Origin: Nostoc sp. DedSLP01
GTDB taxonomy: Bacteria; Cyanobacteriota; Cyanobacteriia; Cyanobacteriales; Nostocaceae
Reading direction: 5' to 3'
NCBI GenBank assembly: GCA_034530875.2
Contig: JAVRCJ020000054.1
Location: 1-41,374 of the forward strand
DNA: 41,374 nt
Below are positions 10,553-21,204 of the stretch, one piece after another. How positions within the stretch are numbered: the first letter of the stretch is position 1; each line of letters opens with the position of its first letter. The notes beneath the pieces were generated by a model. It did no database searches. It was not told the DNA's origin and saw nothing but the letters and a program-made list of their open reading frames with translations. A program made the translations under genes and the position numbers.

Positions 10553-12442
10553 ATGACAAATTTGCAAAAAAAAGCGTTGAAAAAACAGGGGTCATCAAAG
10601 CGTGTTGCTTGGATTGGTGGGCTAGCAGCTAGCTTGATGATGTTGCCAGGAATTTTGGGGGGTACTCCTGTTTTGGCACAAAAGGCAGAGAGTAACTCTT
10701 TAGAGTATGGTGAGTTAATTGAGAAAGCGAAGGCTGGAGAAATCCAAAAAGTTGAGCTTGATGAAGCCGAACAGATAGCAAGGGTTTATCTCAAGGGACA
10801 AAAAGAAAATACACCACCGCAACAGGTGAGACTTTTGGCGCAAAACACAGAATTAATTAATATTCTCAAAGATAAGAATGTTGATTTTGGTGAGATTTCT
10901 TCTGCCAATAGTCGGGCTGCTGTTGGGTTATTAATTAATCTCATGTGGATTTTGCCGCTGATAGCATTAATGCTATTGTTCCTGCGTCGTTCTACCAATG
11001 CTTCTAGCCAAGCGATGAATTTCGGTAAATCCAGAGCTCGTTTCCAAATGGAAGCCAAAACTGGCGTGAAATTTGAAGATGTCGCTGGGGTTGAAGAAGC
11101 CAAAGAAGAACTGCAAGAAGTTGTTACTTTCCTCAAACAGCCAGAAAGATTTACAGCGGTAGGCGCACGTATTCCCAAAGGAGTGCTATTAATTGGCCCT
11201 CCTGGTACAGGTAAAACTTTACTAGCAAAAGCGATCGCTGGTGAAGCGGGCGTACCATTCTTTAGCATTTCCGGTTCGGAATTCGTGGAAATGTTCGTTG
11301 GTGTAGGTGCATCCCGCGTGCGTGACTTATTTAAAAAAGCCAAAGACAACGCACCTTGTCTGATTTTTATCGATGAAATCGACGCCGTAGGCAGACAACG
11401 CGGTGCTGGTATCGGTGGCGGTAACGACGAGCGAGAGCAAACCCTCAACCAGCTGCTGACCGAAATGGATGGTTTTGAAGGTAACACAGGCATCATCATT
11501 ATTGCTGCCACAAACCGCCCCGATGTATTAGATGCAGCGCTGCTCAGACCAGGACGCTTTGACAGACAAGTGATGGTGGATGCGCCAGACTTGAAGGGAA
11601 GGCTGGAAATTTTGCAAGTCCACGCCCGGAATAAGAAGATCGATCCTAGCGTATCATTAGAAGCGATCGCTCGCCGCACTCCTGGTTTTACAGGCGCAGA
11701 CTTAGCCAACCTACTTAACGAAGCTGCCATTCTCACAGCTAGAAGACGCAAAGAAGCCGTCACCATCTTAGAAATCGATGATGCAGTAGATAGAGTAGTT
11801 GCAGGTATGGAAGGCACGGCCTTAGTAGACAGCAAGAGCAAGCGCTTAATTGCCTACCATGAAGTTGGACATGCCTTAGTCGGCACATTACTCAAAGACC
11901 ACGACCCCGTGCAAAAAGTCACACTCATACCCCGCGGACAAGCACTAGGCTTAACTTGGTTTACTCCCAACGAAGAACAAGGCTTAATTTCCCGTTCCCA
12001 ACTCAAAGCACGCATCACAGCCACATTAGGCGGTCGCGCAGCCGAGGAAATAGTCTTTGGCAAACCAGAAGTGACCACAGGTGCAGGAGATGACCTGCAA
12101 AAGGTAACAGGAATGGCACGCCAAATGGTCACGCGGTTTGGAATGTCAGAATTAGGCCCCTTGTCCCTAGAAAATCAGAGTGGAGAAGTATTTCTAGGAC
12201 GCGACTGGATGAACAAATCAGACTATTCCGAGGAAATTGCCGCTAAAATTGATTCCCAAGTCCGCGAAATCGTCAACCATTCCTACATCAAAGCAAAAGA
12301 ACTATTGGAAGAAAACCGCGTACTTTTGGAGCGTTTAGTAGACTTGCTAGCAGAACAAGAGACAATTGAAGGCGAATTATTCCGTAAAATTGTTGCCGAA
12401 AATGCTCAGATAGTGGATGAAAAAGTGGCTGTCTCTCATTAA
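10553..12442 (+). CDS. ftsH: ATP-dependent zinc metalloprotease FtsH (probably FtsH1-type)
   Basis: Walker A GPPGTGKT, Walker [35 protein letters not shown] zinc motif and N-terminal TM segments. Confidence 0.97.
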   Translation: MTNLQKKALKKQGSSKRVAWIGGLAASLMMLPGILGGTPVLAQKAESNSLEYGELIEKAKAGEIQKVELDEAEQIARVYLKGQKENTPPQQVRLLAQNTELINILKDKNVDFGEISSANSRAAVGLLINLMWILPLIALMLLFLRRSTNASSQAMNFGKSRARFQMEAKTGVKFEDVAGVEEAKEELQEVVTFLKQPERFTAVGARIPKGVLLIGPPGTGKTLLAKAIAGEAGVPFFSISGSEFVEMFVGVGASRVRDLFKKAKDNAPCLIFIDEIDAVGRQRGAGIGGGNDEREQTLNQLLTEMDGFEGNTGIIIIAATNRPDVLDAALLRPGRFDRQVMVDAPDLKGRLEILQVHARNKKIDPSVSLEAIARRTPGFTGADLANLLNEAAILTARRRKEAVTILEIDDAVDRVVAGMEGTALVDSKSKRLIAYHEVGHALVGTLLKDHDPVQKVTLIPRGQALGLTWFTPNEEQGLISRSQLKARITATLGGRAAEEIVFGKPEVTTGAGDDLQKVTGMARQMVTRFGMSELGPLSLENQSGEVFLGRDWMNKSDYSEEIAAKIDSQVREIVNHSYIKAKELLEENRVLLERLVDLLAEQETIEGELFRKIVAENAQIVDEKVAVSH

Positions 12443-12490
12443 GAGATGAGTCAATTTTTGGATTCTCTACTTTGCGCTTATAGAAGGAAA

Positions 12491-12581
12491 GTATGAATCC
12501 AAATATAGAGACATTGCAATGCAACGTCTCTACAAAGATTTTTATATCATGCACAATCGGTTTCATACATTAAATCAGCAA
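12491..12581 (-). repeat. About 90-bp dispersed SDR/REP-like element, copy 2
   Basis: Reverse complement aligns with 8039-8129. Confidence 0.8.
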
Positions 12582-12594
12582 CGCTAAATTTCAA

Positions 12595-12627
12595 GTAGGG
12601 TGTGTTGTCGCGCAGCGCAACGCACCT
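12595..12627. repeat. REP-like GTAG-headed palindrome
   Basis: GTAGGGTGTGTTGTCGCGCAGCGCAACGCACCT; a near-identical copy lies at 15023-15055. Confidence 0.75.
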
Positions 12628-12741
12628 TTCTTAATTACAGATGCATTATCCTACTGAAATTTTGAGTATGTAAAGAGATTTTAACCTCCATTGATGAGCC
12701 GGATATGATATTAGAATTCATGCTTTTTGTTAAATAAACTT

Positions 12742-14007
12742 ATGAAAAATCAAACAGCGTCTCCTTGGATTTTCATCCCCAGTTTATATTTTACTTCCGG
12801 CATACCTTACGTCATCATCAACACGGTTTCCGTGATTTTTTACAAAAAACTCGGAATAGATAACGCCCAAATAGCCTTATGGACAAGTTTTCTCTATCTA
12901 CCTTGGGTCATCAAAATGTTTTGGGGGCCAATTGTTGATATTTACTCTACCAAACGCAAATGGATAACTTACACTCAATTAGCTATGTTCATCTGTTTAG
13001 CTGTGGTAGCTTTTTGTTTACAACTACCAAACTTTTTCTTCATCTCGCTTACAGCATTAACAATAGGAGCATTTATTTCTGCAACTTATGATATTGCCAC
13101 AGATGGCTTTTATTTACTAGCTTTATCTCCCGAACAACAAGCCTTTTTTGTTGGGATTCGCTCATTGTTCTATAGACTTGCTGTCATCTTCGGCTCTGGA
13201 ATATTAGTAGTCCTCGCAGGTCAGCTTGAAATATCTCTTAAAAACATTCCTCTGAGCTGGACTTTAGCCATTGGCTTCTCAGGATTAATTTTAGCAATCC
13301 TGTTTGTTGTTCATAGCTTAATTTTACCCTTCCCAGAATCAGATACTCAACGACAGCTAAAAGCTACAGAAAAGATAGATTTTTGGAAGATTATTAGTTC
13401 GTATTTTGCTCAAAATAAAATTATAAACATCATAGCCTTTATTTTGCTTTATAGATTTGGCGAAGCAATGCTTGTGAAAATTGCCTCTTTATTTTTGTTA
13501 GACAAACCAGAACTAGGAGGCTTGGGTTTATCAACATCAGATGTTGGATTAGCCTACGGAACATTTGGTGTAATCTCCCTAATTTGTGGAGGAATATTAG
13601 GAGGTTTAGCAATTTCTAAATATGGATTAAAAAAATGCCTTCTACCTATGGCTTTAGCCTTGAACTTACCTGATATCTTTTATGTATATATGGCTTACGT
13701 AAAACCTTCATTAACATTAGTATATCCCTTGGTTTCTCTAGAGCAATTCGGGTATGGCTTTGGATTTACAGCTTTTAGTGTTTATTTAATGTATATTTGC
13801 GAAGGCGAATACAAAACATCCCATTTTGCCATATCTACCGGCATCATGGCTTTAGGAATGATGTTACCCGGATTAATTAGCGGTTATCTGCAAAAAGCAC
13901 TTGGCTATCCACTATTTTTTATCTTAGTTTGTTTATTAACAATTCCTGGAATGATTGCTCTCTTCTTTATACCTTTAAAAGAAGAACCAAAACTTTTGAA
14001 TAATTAA
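12742..14007 (+). CDS. MFS transporter, AmpG-like muropeptide permease
   Basis: About 12 hydrophobic segments; LPWVIKMFWGPIVD and SATYDIATDGFY are AmpG-family motifs. ATG at 12742 is preferred over TTG at 12727. Confidence 0.85.
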   Translation: MKNQTASPWIFIPSLYFTSGIPYVIINTVSVIFYKKLGIDNAQIALWTSFLYLPWVIKMFWGPIVDIYSTKRKWITYTQLAMFICLAVVAFCLQLPNFFFISLTALTIGAFISATYDIATDGFYLLALSPEQQAFFVGIRSLFYRLAVIFGSGILVVLAGQLEISLKNIPLSWTLAIGFSGLILAILFVVHSLILPFPESDTQRQLKATEKIDFWKIISSYFAQNKIINIIAFILLYRFGEAMLVKIASLFLLDKPELGGLGLSTSDVGLAYGTFGVISLICGGILGGLAISKYGLKKCLLPMALALNLPDIFYVYMAYVKPSLTLVYPLVSLEQFGYGFGFTAFSVYLMYICEGEYKTSHFAISTGIMALGMMLPGLISGYLQKALGYPLFFILVCLLTIPGMIALFFIPLKEEPKLLNN

Positions 14008-14020
14008 CTTTTTACTTGTT

Positions 14021-14995
14021 ATGCCTTATGTTTTGGGAATAGATGGCGGCGGTACTAAAACAGTATGTGTCTTGATGGATGATTCTGGCCAAGTGCTAGG
14101 ACGCGGTGAAGCTGGTGGAGCTAACTATCAAAGTATAGGTATTGAAGCTACTTTCAAATCAATTGAAGCTGCAATTCATGGTGCGGTGAATGAAGCAATA
14201 AAAGTCATAAATACTATTACTATTGAAGCAATATGTCTGGGTTTGGCAGGTGTCGGACGGGCATTAGATATCGAAGTAATAAAAAATTTAGTAGCAGAGT
14301 TGCAAAATAGTAAAATATTACTTATTACTTGGGCATTACAACCAGTGAATATCGTAATTTGTAACGATGCATTTATTGCTTTAGTTGGTGGAATTGGGCA
14401 TGATGTGGGCATTGTAGTTGCTGTAGGTACTGGTTCCATAGTTTTTGGGCGAAATCAGCAGGGAATTACCAAGCGAGTCGGCGGTTGGGGTTATATTTTA
14501 GGAGATGAAGGTAGTGCTTATAAAATTGCTGTTACTGGGATGAATGCTGCATTAAAATCTTATGATGGGCGCGAGATATCAACGAGTTTAATAGAGGCTT
14601 TTAAACAGCATCTAAACCTGGAAAGTATAGAAGATTTAATAGAAGTAATATATCGACGACAATGGGGAGTTAAACAAATAGCTGCTTTAGCACCAATTCT
14701 CGATTTAGCAGCAGCATCAGGTGATGAACTAGCCAATAATATAATTGATGATGCTGTTAAAGAATTAGTAAAGGCTACATCTACAGTAATTGAGGCAATT
14801 TTTAGTACAGGCTCAATTTATGAAGTAGTCACAACGGGAAGTGTATGGCTAAGTAGATGCAAAATCCATGAGAGATTTTCAGCATCAATAATTCAGAAGT
14901 TTCCTTTTATTCAAGTGATTTATCCAAGGTTTGAGCCTGCTTATGGTGCTGGATTGTTAGCGTTGCAGACTTTAGTGAAAGATAGTATTAAGTAG
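14021..14995 (+). CDS. BadF/BadG/BcrA/BcrD-type sugar kinase (N-acetylglucosamine/MurNAc kinase)
   Basis: GIDGGGTKT, NDA, GTGS and GGWGYILGDEGSAY motifs; 13 bp downstream of the AmpG-like gene, so probably one operon. Confidence 0.9.
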   Translation: MPYVLGIDGGGTKTVCVLMDDSGQVLGRGEAGGANYQSIGIEATFKSIEAAIHGAVNEAIKVINTITIEAICLGLAGVGRALDIEVIKNLVAELQNSKILLITWALQPVNIVICNDAFIALVGGIGHDVGIVVAVGTGSIVFGRNQQGITKRVGGWGYILGDEGSAYKIAVTGMNAALKSYDGREISTSLIEAFKQHLNLESIEDLIEVIYRRQWGVKQIAALAPILDLAAASGDELANNIIDDAVKELVKATSTVIEAIFSTGSIYEVVTTGSVWLSRCKIHERFSASIIQKFPFIQVIYPRFEPAYGAGLLALQTLVKDSIK

Positions 14996-15022
14996 GTCAA
15001 CTTGATTAAACATAAAACAATA

Positions 15023-15111
15023 GTAGGGTGCGTTGTCGCAAAGCGCAACGCACCTCAATTGAGATAGTAGAGTCTATTGAGGTGCCGTACCCTCAGCCGT
15101 AACACACCCTA
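15023..15111. repeat. Paired REP-like palindromes (GTAGGGTG...CACCCTAC doublet)
   Basis: GTAGGGTGCGTTG at 15023 and the inverted CACACCCTAC near 15111, with an inner CACCTCAAT/ATTGAGGTG stem. Confidence 0.7.
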
Positions 15112-15506
15112 CATTTATTTACTTTGCGTTGAAAAAAAGCGGCATATTTGGCGCAGCTTCACAAAGAAATGGTGTAAGTACCTAATTTTGCTATAGGGTA
15201 GAAAAAGTTGAGAGTAAATTCTGCGAGCTTTACCGATCGATAATATGAATTTGGTTCAATTAGTAAAGGGGATAGATGACATTCGCTGACCGCAAAGCAC
15301 CCATCCCCGAATAGCTGCCCAGATCGTGAAACCTGGAATCCTATAGTCCGGTATCTAATAATCACAGTATCGGCCGAGATATGGGGATTGTCACCCGGAT
15401 ACATACTGATTTAAAAGATATGTGCGAACAAAAAATTACATGGGTAATAGCACATGGGGTATTAGGCATTGGGCATTGCGAGTCCTGATAGGTTACGAGT
15501 TAAAAA

Positions 15507-16793
15507 TTATTCTTTCTTATATTTCCTCATCACTCCGTTCCTTCGTGACCCTGCCCTGGCTAACAGAGCTGTGCCGTAAGCAGCTTCAGTATATACCGAA
15601 GTACTAACAGGTACTTTTAAATGCCTTTGACGAATAGCAGCCCAAGTCTGATTTGCTGCTCCACCACCAGCAGTATAAACACGAGTTAACTTATCCGCAC
15701 CCAATTTTTGTAATAATTCATACCCTTTTGTTTCTATACGAGCAATACTTTCTAACAATCCATGCAGAAATTCCACTGGGTTATCTGGGCGTGGTTCCAA
15801 TCTTGGGGGTAGATTAGGATCGTTAATTGGAAAGCGATCGCCTGCTTTCAACAATGGATAATAATCTAACTCGCTGGCTTTTGAGGCATCAATCTCGCGG
15901 CTGAGACTTTCTAACTCAGCCTTGGTGAAAAATTGCTGTAGCAGTGCACCCCCAGTATTAGAAGCGCCCCCAGTCAGCCACAAATCACCCAAGCGATGGC
16001 TATAAATTCCATACTGCGCATCTTCTACACGGGTGCGACTCAAAAGTTTTAGTACCAGCGTCGAACCCAGCGATGTCACCGCTTCGCCAGGTAATTTTGC
16101 CCCACTGGCAAGAAAAGCAGCAATACTATCGGTAGTACCAGTACACACCAAACAATCACGCCGAAAACCAAATTTATCCGCAATTTCAGAACGTAATTCC
16201 GCGACAGGTGTACCAGGCGCTAAAACTTGGGGCAATTGAATGGGTATTTGCAATTTTTGCAGCCATTCTGGGTATTTCAACTCTTCCACGTCATAACCCA
16301 GCTTTAAAGCGTTATGGTAGTCAGTAACGCCTAAACAGCCATGCAACAGAAATCCCAGCCAATCTGCTTGATGCAAGAAATATCTAGCTTCAGTAAAAGA
16401 AGGTAATTGCTTCATCCAAATCAGTTTGCTCAAGCTAGAGGTGGCGCTTAACACAGTATGATTGGGGGGTGCTACGCTCCTTAAATCATCTAGCACAGAT
16501 GCTCCCCGTGCGTCGTTGTACAATAGCGGTGCATATATTGGTTTGCCAGCGGCATCCACCAGCAAGACAGTGGAAGAAGTACCGTTAATGGCGATCGCTT
16601 TGATTTCTCGCCGCAATTGGTGAGGTATTTGTTCCAGTAGCGCGAATAAAGCCTCCTGCCAACGATCCGGCATCACCGCCGATGGTGAATCCTCAAAGGG
16701 ATATCGTACCTCAGCTTGGATGGTAGCTTCCTGCGCGATCGCCACACCGCGCGCGCCAGATGTTCCAAAGTCGATACCCAAATACAAATTCAT
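15507..16793 (-). CDS. FGGY-family carbohydrate kinase (D-ribulose/xylulose kinase-like)
   Basis: GIDFGTSG, GTTDSIAA, SLGSTL, GGASNTGG and GGGA motifs. Confidence 0.92.
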   Translation of the reverse strand: MNLYLGIDFGTSGARGVAIAQEATIQAEVRYPFEDSPSAVMPDRWQEALFALLEQIPHQLRREIKAIAINGTSSTVLLVDAAGKPIYAPLLYNDARGASVLDDLRSVAPPNHTVLSATSSLSKLIWMKQLPSFTEARYFLHQADWLGFLLHGCLGVTDYHNALKLGYDVEELKYPEWLQKLQIPIQLPQVLAPGTPVAELRSEIADKFGFRRDCLVCTGTTDSIAAFLASGAKLPGEAVTSLGSTLVLKLLSRTRVEDAQYGIYSHRLGDLWLTGGASNTGGALLQQFFTKAELESLSREIDASKASELDYYPLLKAGDRFPINDPNLPPRLEPRPDNPVEFLHGLLESIARIETKGYELLQKLGADKLTRVYTAGGGAANQTWAAIRQRHLKVPVSTSVYTEAAYGTALLARAGSRRNGVMRKYKKE

Positions 16794-16950
16794 AGATTTA
16801 TAAATTTTTTTAAAGGATAATAACTAACGACCACCGATCGATTACTGCTTTTGTTGCATCTTGTAACAAGATCTTCCACGAATCTGGCAAAACAAGGAAA
16901 AGTAGTAAACGAACAGTTCAAAATCTATTCCAGTTAGGAGATTAAGAGCC

Positions 16951-17082
16951 ATGCCTATCTTAGATACCTTGTACATCGCTCAAGTGTCTTCCCTCTCAGA
17001 TACCCAAGTGTACATCGCTCTAGTTGTGGCGTTGATTCCTGGAGTTCTAGCTTGGCGTTTAGCCACAGAACTTTACAAATAA
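16951..17082 (+). CDS. psaM: Photosystem I subunit XII PsaM (not in the ORF track, 43 aa)
   Basis: Manual translation gives MPILDTLYIAQVSSLSDTQVYIALVVALIPGVLAWRLATELYK; AGGAG RBS at 16936-16940. Confidence 0.95.
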   Translation: MPILDTLYIAQVSSLSDTQVYIALVVALIPGVLAWRLATELYK

Positions 17083-17408
17083 GGCTACGATGTGACACAG
17101 TTGAAGAGCTAATAATCCTGGCATTGCGGGGGTGCAATTTCCAAACGCTTGGGGCTTTATGCCCTAAGTTTTAACGAACTTGCACTTACGTAAGCCAGGT
17201 TATTTTTTAACTTGTACGGCACTTGTAGCTATTTTGCAAAAATGAAGTAATATGACAGCTAAATCAAGCATCGCAAAGTGCTGAGTAAAGTAAAAAGACC
17301 TGAGTGAGAAGATTCACAAGTACTACTTCTGGCTCAGCAATTCAGCACAAAGAACTCATTACTCTCAATAGTATTTCCCTTCACCAAGGGAGGTTAATTT
17401 TTAGCATT

Positions 17409-17819
17409 ATGAACGCGATTCAACCGTCAAACCCACCATCACAACCGATACAAAAACGCCGAATCGTCCCTCGACCAAAGCGGCATCTTCGTCAACGTTC
17501 TTACCAAGTGATGGCATGGGAAAGTACTGCCAAGATAGCTGTTAATCTTTTGATTACAGGCGTTGCGGTATCTGCACTAGCACAACTTGTCCCTTATCAG
17601 TCCTCACAGCAACAAAAATTGCGAGAAATCACGACTGAAGTCAAGCAAATGGAAGGACACGTCAACAATTTACAGGCAGAATTTAGCCGTAACTTCGATC
17701 CCCAGCAAGCAAAAAGTATCAGACAACAACAAGGATACAGATTCGATCCCAAGCAGCGTCGGGTGATACTGATGAATAAAGATGGGAGAGTAATCGAACA
17801 AACAGATTTATTACCTTAA
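17409..17819 (+). CDS. Conserved cyanobacterial bitopic protein (basic N-terminus, one TM, coiled coil); slr1601/FtsL-DivIC-like putative cell-division protein
   Basis: Arg-rich N-terminus, TM segment IAVNLLITGVAVSALAQLV, heptad coil, then FDP motif; ATG at 17409. Confidence 0.7.
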   Translation: MNAIQPSNPPSQPIQKRRIVPRPKRHLRQRSYQVMAWESTAKIAVNLLITGVAVSALAQLVPYQSSQQQKLREITTEVKQMEGHVNNLQAEFSRNFDPQQAKSIRQQQGYRFDPKQRRVILMNKDGRVIEQTDLLP

Positions 17820-17982
17820 TAAAATCCAATTTGGTATTATTCTGTTCATTGCGATTTCGGCTACGTATAACTGGGTGTGAATTTATATAATTGCTAGTAA
17901 ATAACAGCGTCGCTATACTCCAATTCAAAATTCAAAATTAAGAATTCATTTTTTGAATCTTGAGTTTATCAGAATGGCTCAT

Positions 17983-18696
17983 CTACCAATTAGGACGCTG
18001 AGGAGATAGAAGAGTATTCAGCCAATTTTCGATTTGTAAACGTAAACGATAACCAGTAATATCTCTAGTATTGTCGCCAGAGGGTAGTTGAGTAAGAGCG
18101 CGACGATAATCTGCGATCGCACAATTCCAATCGCCCCAAAGATGGTAAGTTCTGCCGCGTTCAGCCCAAATATGACCTTCTAACTCTCTGAAAAGCAGCG
18201 CTACCTCAAAATTTTCAATTGCCTCTTCATATTGACTCAAATCGCGCAAGGTAATGCCTCGGTTAATCCACGCCCGGACGTGGCGAGGATTCAAATTAAT
18301 CGCTTCATCGTAGTCGCTAAGTGCTGCTGCTAATTCGCCACAAGCAGCGTGGTAATTTGCTCGATTGTTATAAGCGCTAGGCAAATAAGGATTCAATTTC
18401 AGGGCAGTATTGTAGTCGCAAAAAGCTTTTTGCATTTCCCCACTTTGGAAATAAATTAGCCCTCGATTATTGTAATCAATTGCATTGTGGGGATGGCAGT
18501 AAATTAGTTGATTTAAAAGTGCGATCGCCTCTTGGTAATTTCCTTGTTGAGCTAATCTCAAAGCACAAGAGCGTAAATAACCTTGTGCTAATTCACAGCG
18601 ATGGTTTGTCCTCCGATCTGAATTTTCTGCGCTCTTAATCTTTTGATATTGATGATTTTGATGGCCACCAGAAGCTAAAAATGAGTTAATATTCAT
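17983..18696 (-). CDS. Tetratricopeptide repeat protein
   Basis: Several 34-aa TPR units (YNNRG..A..DY..A..LNP). Confidence 0.9.
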   Translation of the reverse strand: MNINSFLASGGHQNHQYQKIKSAENSDRRTNHRCELAQGYLRSCALRLAQQGNYQEAIALLNQLIYCHPHNAIDYNNRGLIYFQSGEMQKAFCDYNTALKLNPYLPSAYNNRANYHAACGELAAALSDYDEAINLNPRHVRAWINRGITLRDLSQYEEAIENFEVALLFRELEGHIWAERGRTYHLWGDWNCAIADYRRALTQLPSGDNTRDITGYRLRLQIENWLNTLLSPQRPNW

Positions 18697-18939
18697 ATTT
18701 TTATGCCTGAAATGCCTACTTTATAAAAGCAATTTTTAGTTTTTATTTGCGAATGATTTGGTGATATGACTATTTTTAAAGTATTTAGAGTTACGTGTAA
18801 GCCATCTTCAGAGAGAGTTTGACTACTCATATCAGCGGACATACACCCGTTAAATAAACATCGCTCCTCAAACCTAATCATGAATACTTCGTCTCTAAAG
18901 CGAATTCCAGAAATAGCGAAGAGAAATTTGCCAGATTGG

Positions 18940-19075
18940 GGTGTGGAGAGTGTGGGAAGTGTGGGGAGTGTGGGAAGTGTGGGAAGTGTGGGGAGTGTGG
19001 GGAGAAAGAGAATTTATGCCCCCTCTTTTCCCACATTCCTTGTTTCCCCAATGCCCCATACCCAATTCCCAATAC
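18940..19075. repeat. STRR composite repeat (9-mer GTGTGGG(G/A)A x6 plus heptamers)
   Basis: Direct tandem repeats visible in the sequence; source of spurious SVG/PHS ORFs. Confidence 0.9.
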
Positions 19076-19261
19076 CAGTAAAAAATTAAAAATCCTGTAT
19101 TTCTAGGCTTTTGGAACATTTGGAATGCTATTCTTATTCCCGTCGCAGTCTACAACTCAAGTAGTAGCAGCGACAAATTGGTAGAATGCCAACAACCTAG
19201 ATTTAGAGCTCGGGGCTAAAGACTGGATACTAGGAGTGTCAAAGCGGTGGTCTGAAATTCT

Positions 19262-19323
19262 TTCCCCATCTCCCTATCTCCCCATCTCCCTAATCCCCAG
19301 TCCCCAGTCCCCAGTCCCCAATC
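19262..19323. repeat. STRR repeats (CCCCATCT, CCCCAGT)
   Basis: Tandem octamers and heptamers. Confidence 0.9.
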
Positions 19324-19346
19324 CTTAAGTTTTGAGAAATTTTCCG

Positions 19347-19811
19347 ATGACAACAGCAATTTCTTATCCCAATGCGCCTGATTTAACAACCGATGATTAC
19401 ATTGTTATCGGTTTGGCAACTTGCTTCATCAAAGAAGATGGAGAAGTTTATCAAATCGAAGTTATAGAACCTATTCCCTCTGCGGCTTTGGAAGCGCTGT
19501 TGAAGGGAATTCCTACTTCGTACAAGCTAGCTTGTGCGACAACTTTGGGTAATGTGCTAGATGGCGATTCACAACTAGTACCAGATGGCTTTCCCCAGTC
19601 GGCTCAGTTCGGAGAGGAATTTATACCACGGTTGTTTGCAGCAGCCCGGACTTATAAGCGGCGCGAAACAGCAAAATCTCTGATTACCGTAGGTACAAAT
19701 TACACTGAGTTCAATTATTCTATTGACCGCAAGCGGGTGCTAAATGCCGCTAGAGTTGTTACTAAAGAAGATAACGTTAAGCAGCATTCTCATACTCACA
19801 AAGTTCTTTAG
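19347..19811 (+). CDS. Conserved cyanobacterial hypothetical protein
   Basis: 154-aa ORF with normal composition, His-rich C-terminus (KQHSHTHKVL), 6 bp before the GST gene. Confidence 0.8.
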   Translation: MTTAISYPNAPDLTTDDYIVIGLATCFIKEDGEVYQIEVIEPIPSAALEALLKGIPTSYKLACATTLGNVLDGDSQLVPDGFPQSAQFGEEFIPRLFAAARTYKRRETAKSLITVGTNYTEFNYSIDRKRVLNAARVVTKEDNVKQHSHTHKVL

Positions 19812-19817
19812 GTAATT

Positions 19818-20375
19818 ATGCTAAAACTTTACGGTGGCGCTTTTAGTAGAGCTTCGATTGTTTGCTGGTATTTAGAGGAACTAGAAGTTCCCTACGAATT
19901 TGTCAAGCTTGATATGCAGGCTGGCGAACACTTACAACCTGACTTTTTGAAAATTAATCCATTTGCAAGGGTTCCAGCAATTGTTGATGGAGATTTGCAG
20001 CTTTGGGAATCTGGGGCAATTTTGCTCTATCTGATGGAGAAGTATGGAAACGCAGCAGTTTCACTAGAAGAACGTGCTGTAATCTCCCAGTGGGTTTTAT
20101 TTGCCAATTCAACCCTGAGTACGGGAGTTTTCGTAGAAGCAAATCGCGATCGCGAAACACCCCGTATATTGAGTACATTGAATGAAATTTTCAGTCAGCA
20201 ATCTTTTTTGGTACGCAATAAATTCACTGTTGCTGATGTGGCAGTAGGATCTATTCTCAATTACATTCCCATGATTTTGAAACTAGACTTAAGCCCTTAC
20301 CCAGCAGTGTTGAATTACATGAAGCAATTGGCTGAACGTCCCGCGTTTCAAAAGAGTATTGGTGGAAAAAGTTAA
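19818..20375 (+). CDS. Glutathione S-transferase
   Basis: SRA..WYLEEL, INPFARVPAIVDG, LWESGAILLYL and FTVADV motifs. Confidence 0.95.
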   Translation: MLKLYGGAFSRASIVCWYLEELEVPYEFVKLDMQAGEHLQPDFLKINPFARVPAIVDGDLQLWESGAILLYLMEKYGNAAVSLEERAVISQWVLFANSTLSTGVFVEANRDRETPRILSTLNEIFSQQSFLVRNKFTVADVAVGSILNYIPMILKLDLSPYPAVLNYMKQLAERPAFQKSIGGKS

Positions 20376-20412
20376 AAGGGACTAGGGACTGGCGATTAGG
20401 GATTGGGGCAGG

Positions 20413-20484
20413 GGAGGCAGGGGAAAAGGTTAAAGGGAAAAGGAAAAGGAATAAATTTAATCTTTCCCCTTTCCCCCTTACCCC
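20413..20484 (+). repeat. About 72-bp purine/pyrimidine hairpin repeat, left of yajQ
   Basis: Nearly identical to the reverse complement of 21087-21159. Confidence 0.85.
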
Positions 20485-20526
20485 AATCCCAATACTCCAT
20501 TCATTAGCCCCATGCCCCAATCCCTT

Positions 20527-21018
20527 TTAACGATAATTTGTAAATTGCAAAGCCACAGGATAGTCTTCTTGTTTTAGCCGTTGAATAACGATTTGCAAAT
20601 CATCTTTAGATTTGGCAGAAACGCGCACAGCATCACCTTGAATTGAAGCTTGTACCTTTTTGAATTCGTCGCGAATCAATTTAGAAATTTGTTTGGCGAT
20701 TTCCTGACTGATGCCTTTTTTGAGTTTAATTTCTTGACGGACGCGATTACCACTTGCTGATTCGATTTTGCCAAAATCAAAGATTTTCTGGGAGAGATTA
20801 CGCTTGGCGGCCTTTTCCCGCAGGATGTTATGTACAGAATCCAAGGTAAACTCGCTGTCAGTGTTAACATTAATCGTTTGATCGGCTAACTCAACATTAG
20901 TTTGAGTATCTTTGAGGTCGTAACGGCTTTTGATTTCTCGCACAACTTGATCGATAGCGTTAACCAATTCTTGTTGGTCAAAGTCGCTCACAATGTCAAA
21001 GGAAAAAGTAGAAGCCAT
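20527..21018 (-). CDS. yajQ: YajQ family nucleotide/c-di-GMP-binding protein
   Basis: [35 protein letters not shown] and LQFTNYR motifs. Confidence 0.95.
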   Translation of the reverse strand: MASTFSFDIVSDFDQQELVNAIDQVVREIKSRYDLKDTQTNVELADQTINVNTDSEFTLDSVHNILREKAAKRNLSQKIFDFGKIESASGNRVRQEIKLKKGISQEIAKQISKLIRDEFKKVQASIQGDAVRVSAKSKDDLQIVIQRLKQEDYPVALQFTNYR

Positions 21019-21086
21019 AAAGAATTTTAGATTTTAGATTTTACATTGGGAATTGGGCATAGGAATGGAGAAAGAGAAAGGGGTAA

Positions 21087-21159
21087 GGGGTAAGGGGGAA
21101 AGGTGAAAGATTAAATTTATTCCTTTTCCCTTTTCCCTTTAACCTTTTCCCCTGCCTCC
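21087..21159 (-). repeat. About 73-bp repeat, inverted copy right of yajQ
   Basis: Reverse complement of 20413-20484 with about 2 differences. Confidence 0.85.
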
Positions 21160-21204
21160 TCTGCCCCTCATCTCCCCATCTCCCCACTCCCTACTCCCCA
21201 ATTA

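Noticed and set aside
10786..12132. Long antisense ORFs (351 aa and 92 aa)
   Set aside because: Shadow frames of ftsH with no independent motifs.
12742..16793. AmpG-like permease, GlcNAc kinase and FGGY kinase as a novel sugar pathway
   Set aside because: The first two fit ordinary peptidoglycan recycling. The FGGY gene is convergent and separated by repeats, so nothing links it to them.
18878..19119. Short ORFs rich in SVG/PHS repeats (similar ones at 7083-7336, 10195-10450, 23207-23590, 28566-28857)
   Set aside because: Translations of STRR tandem repeats.
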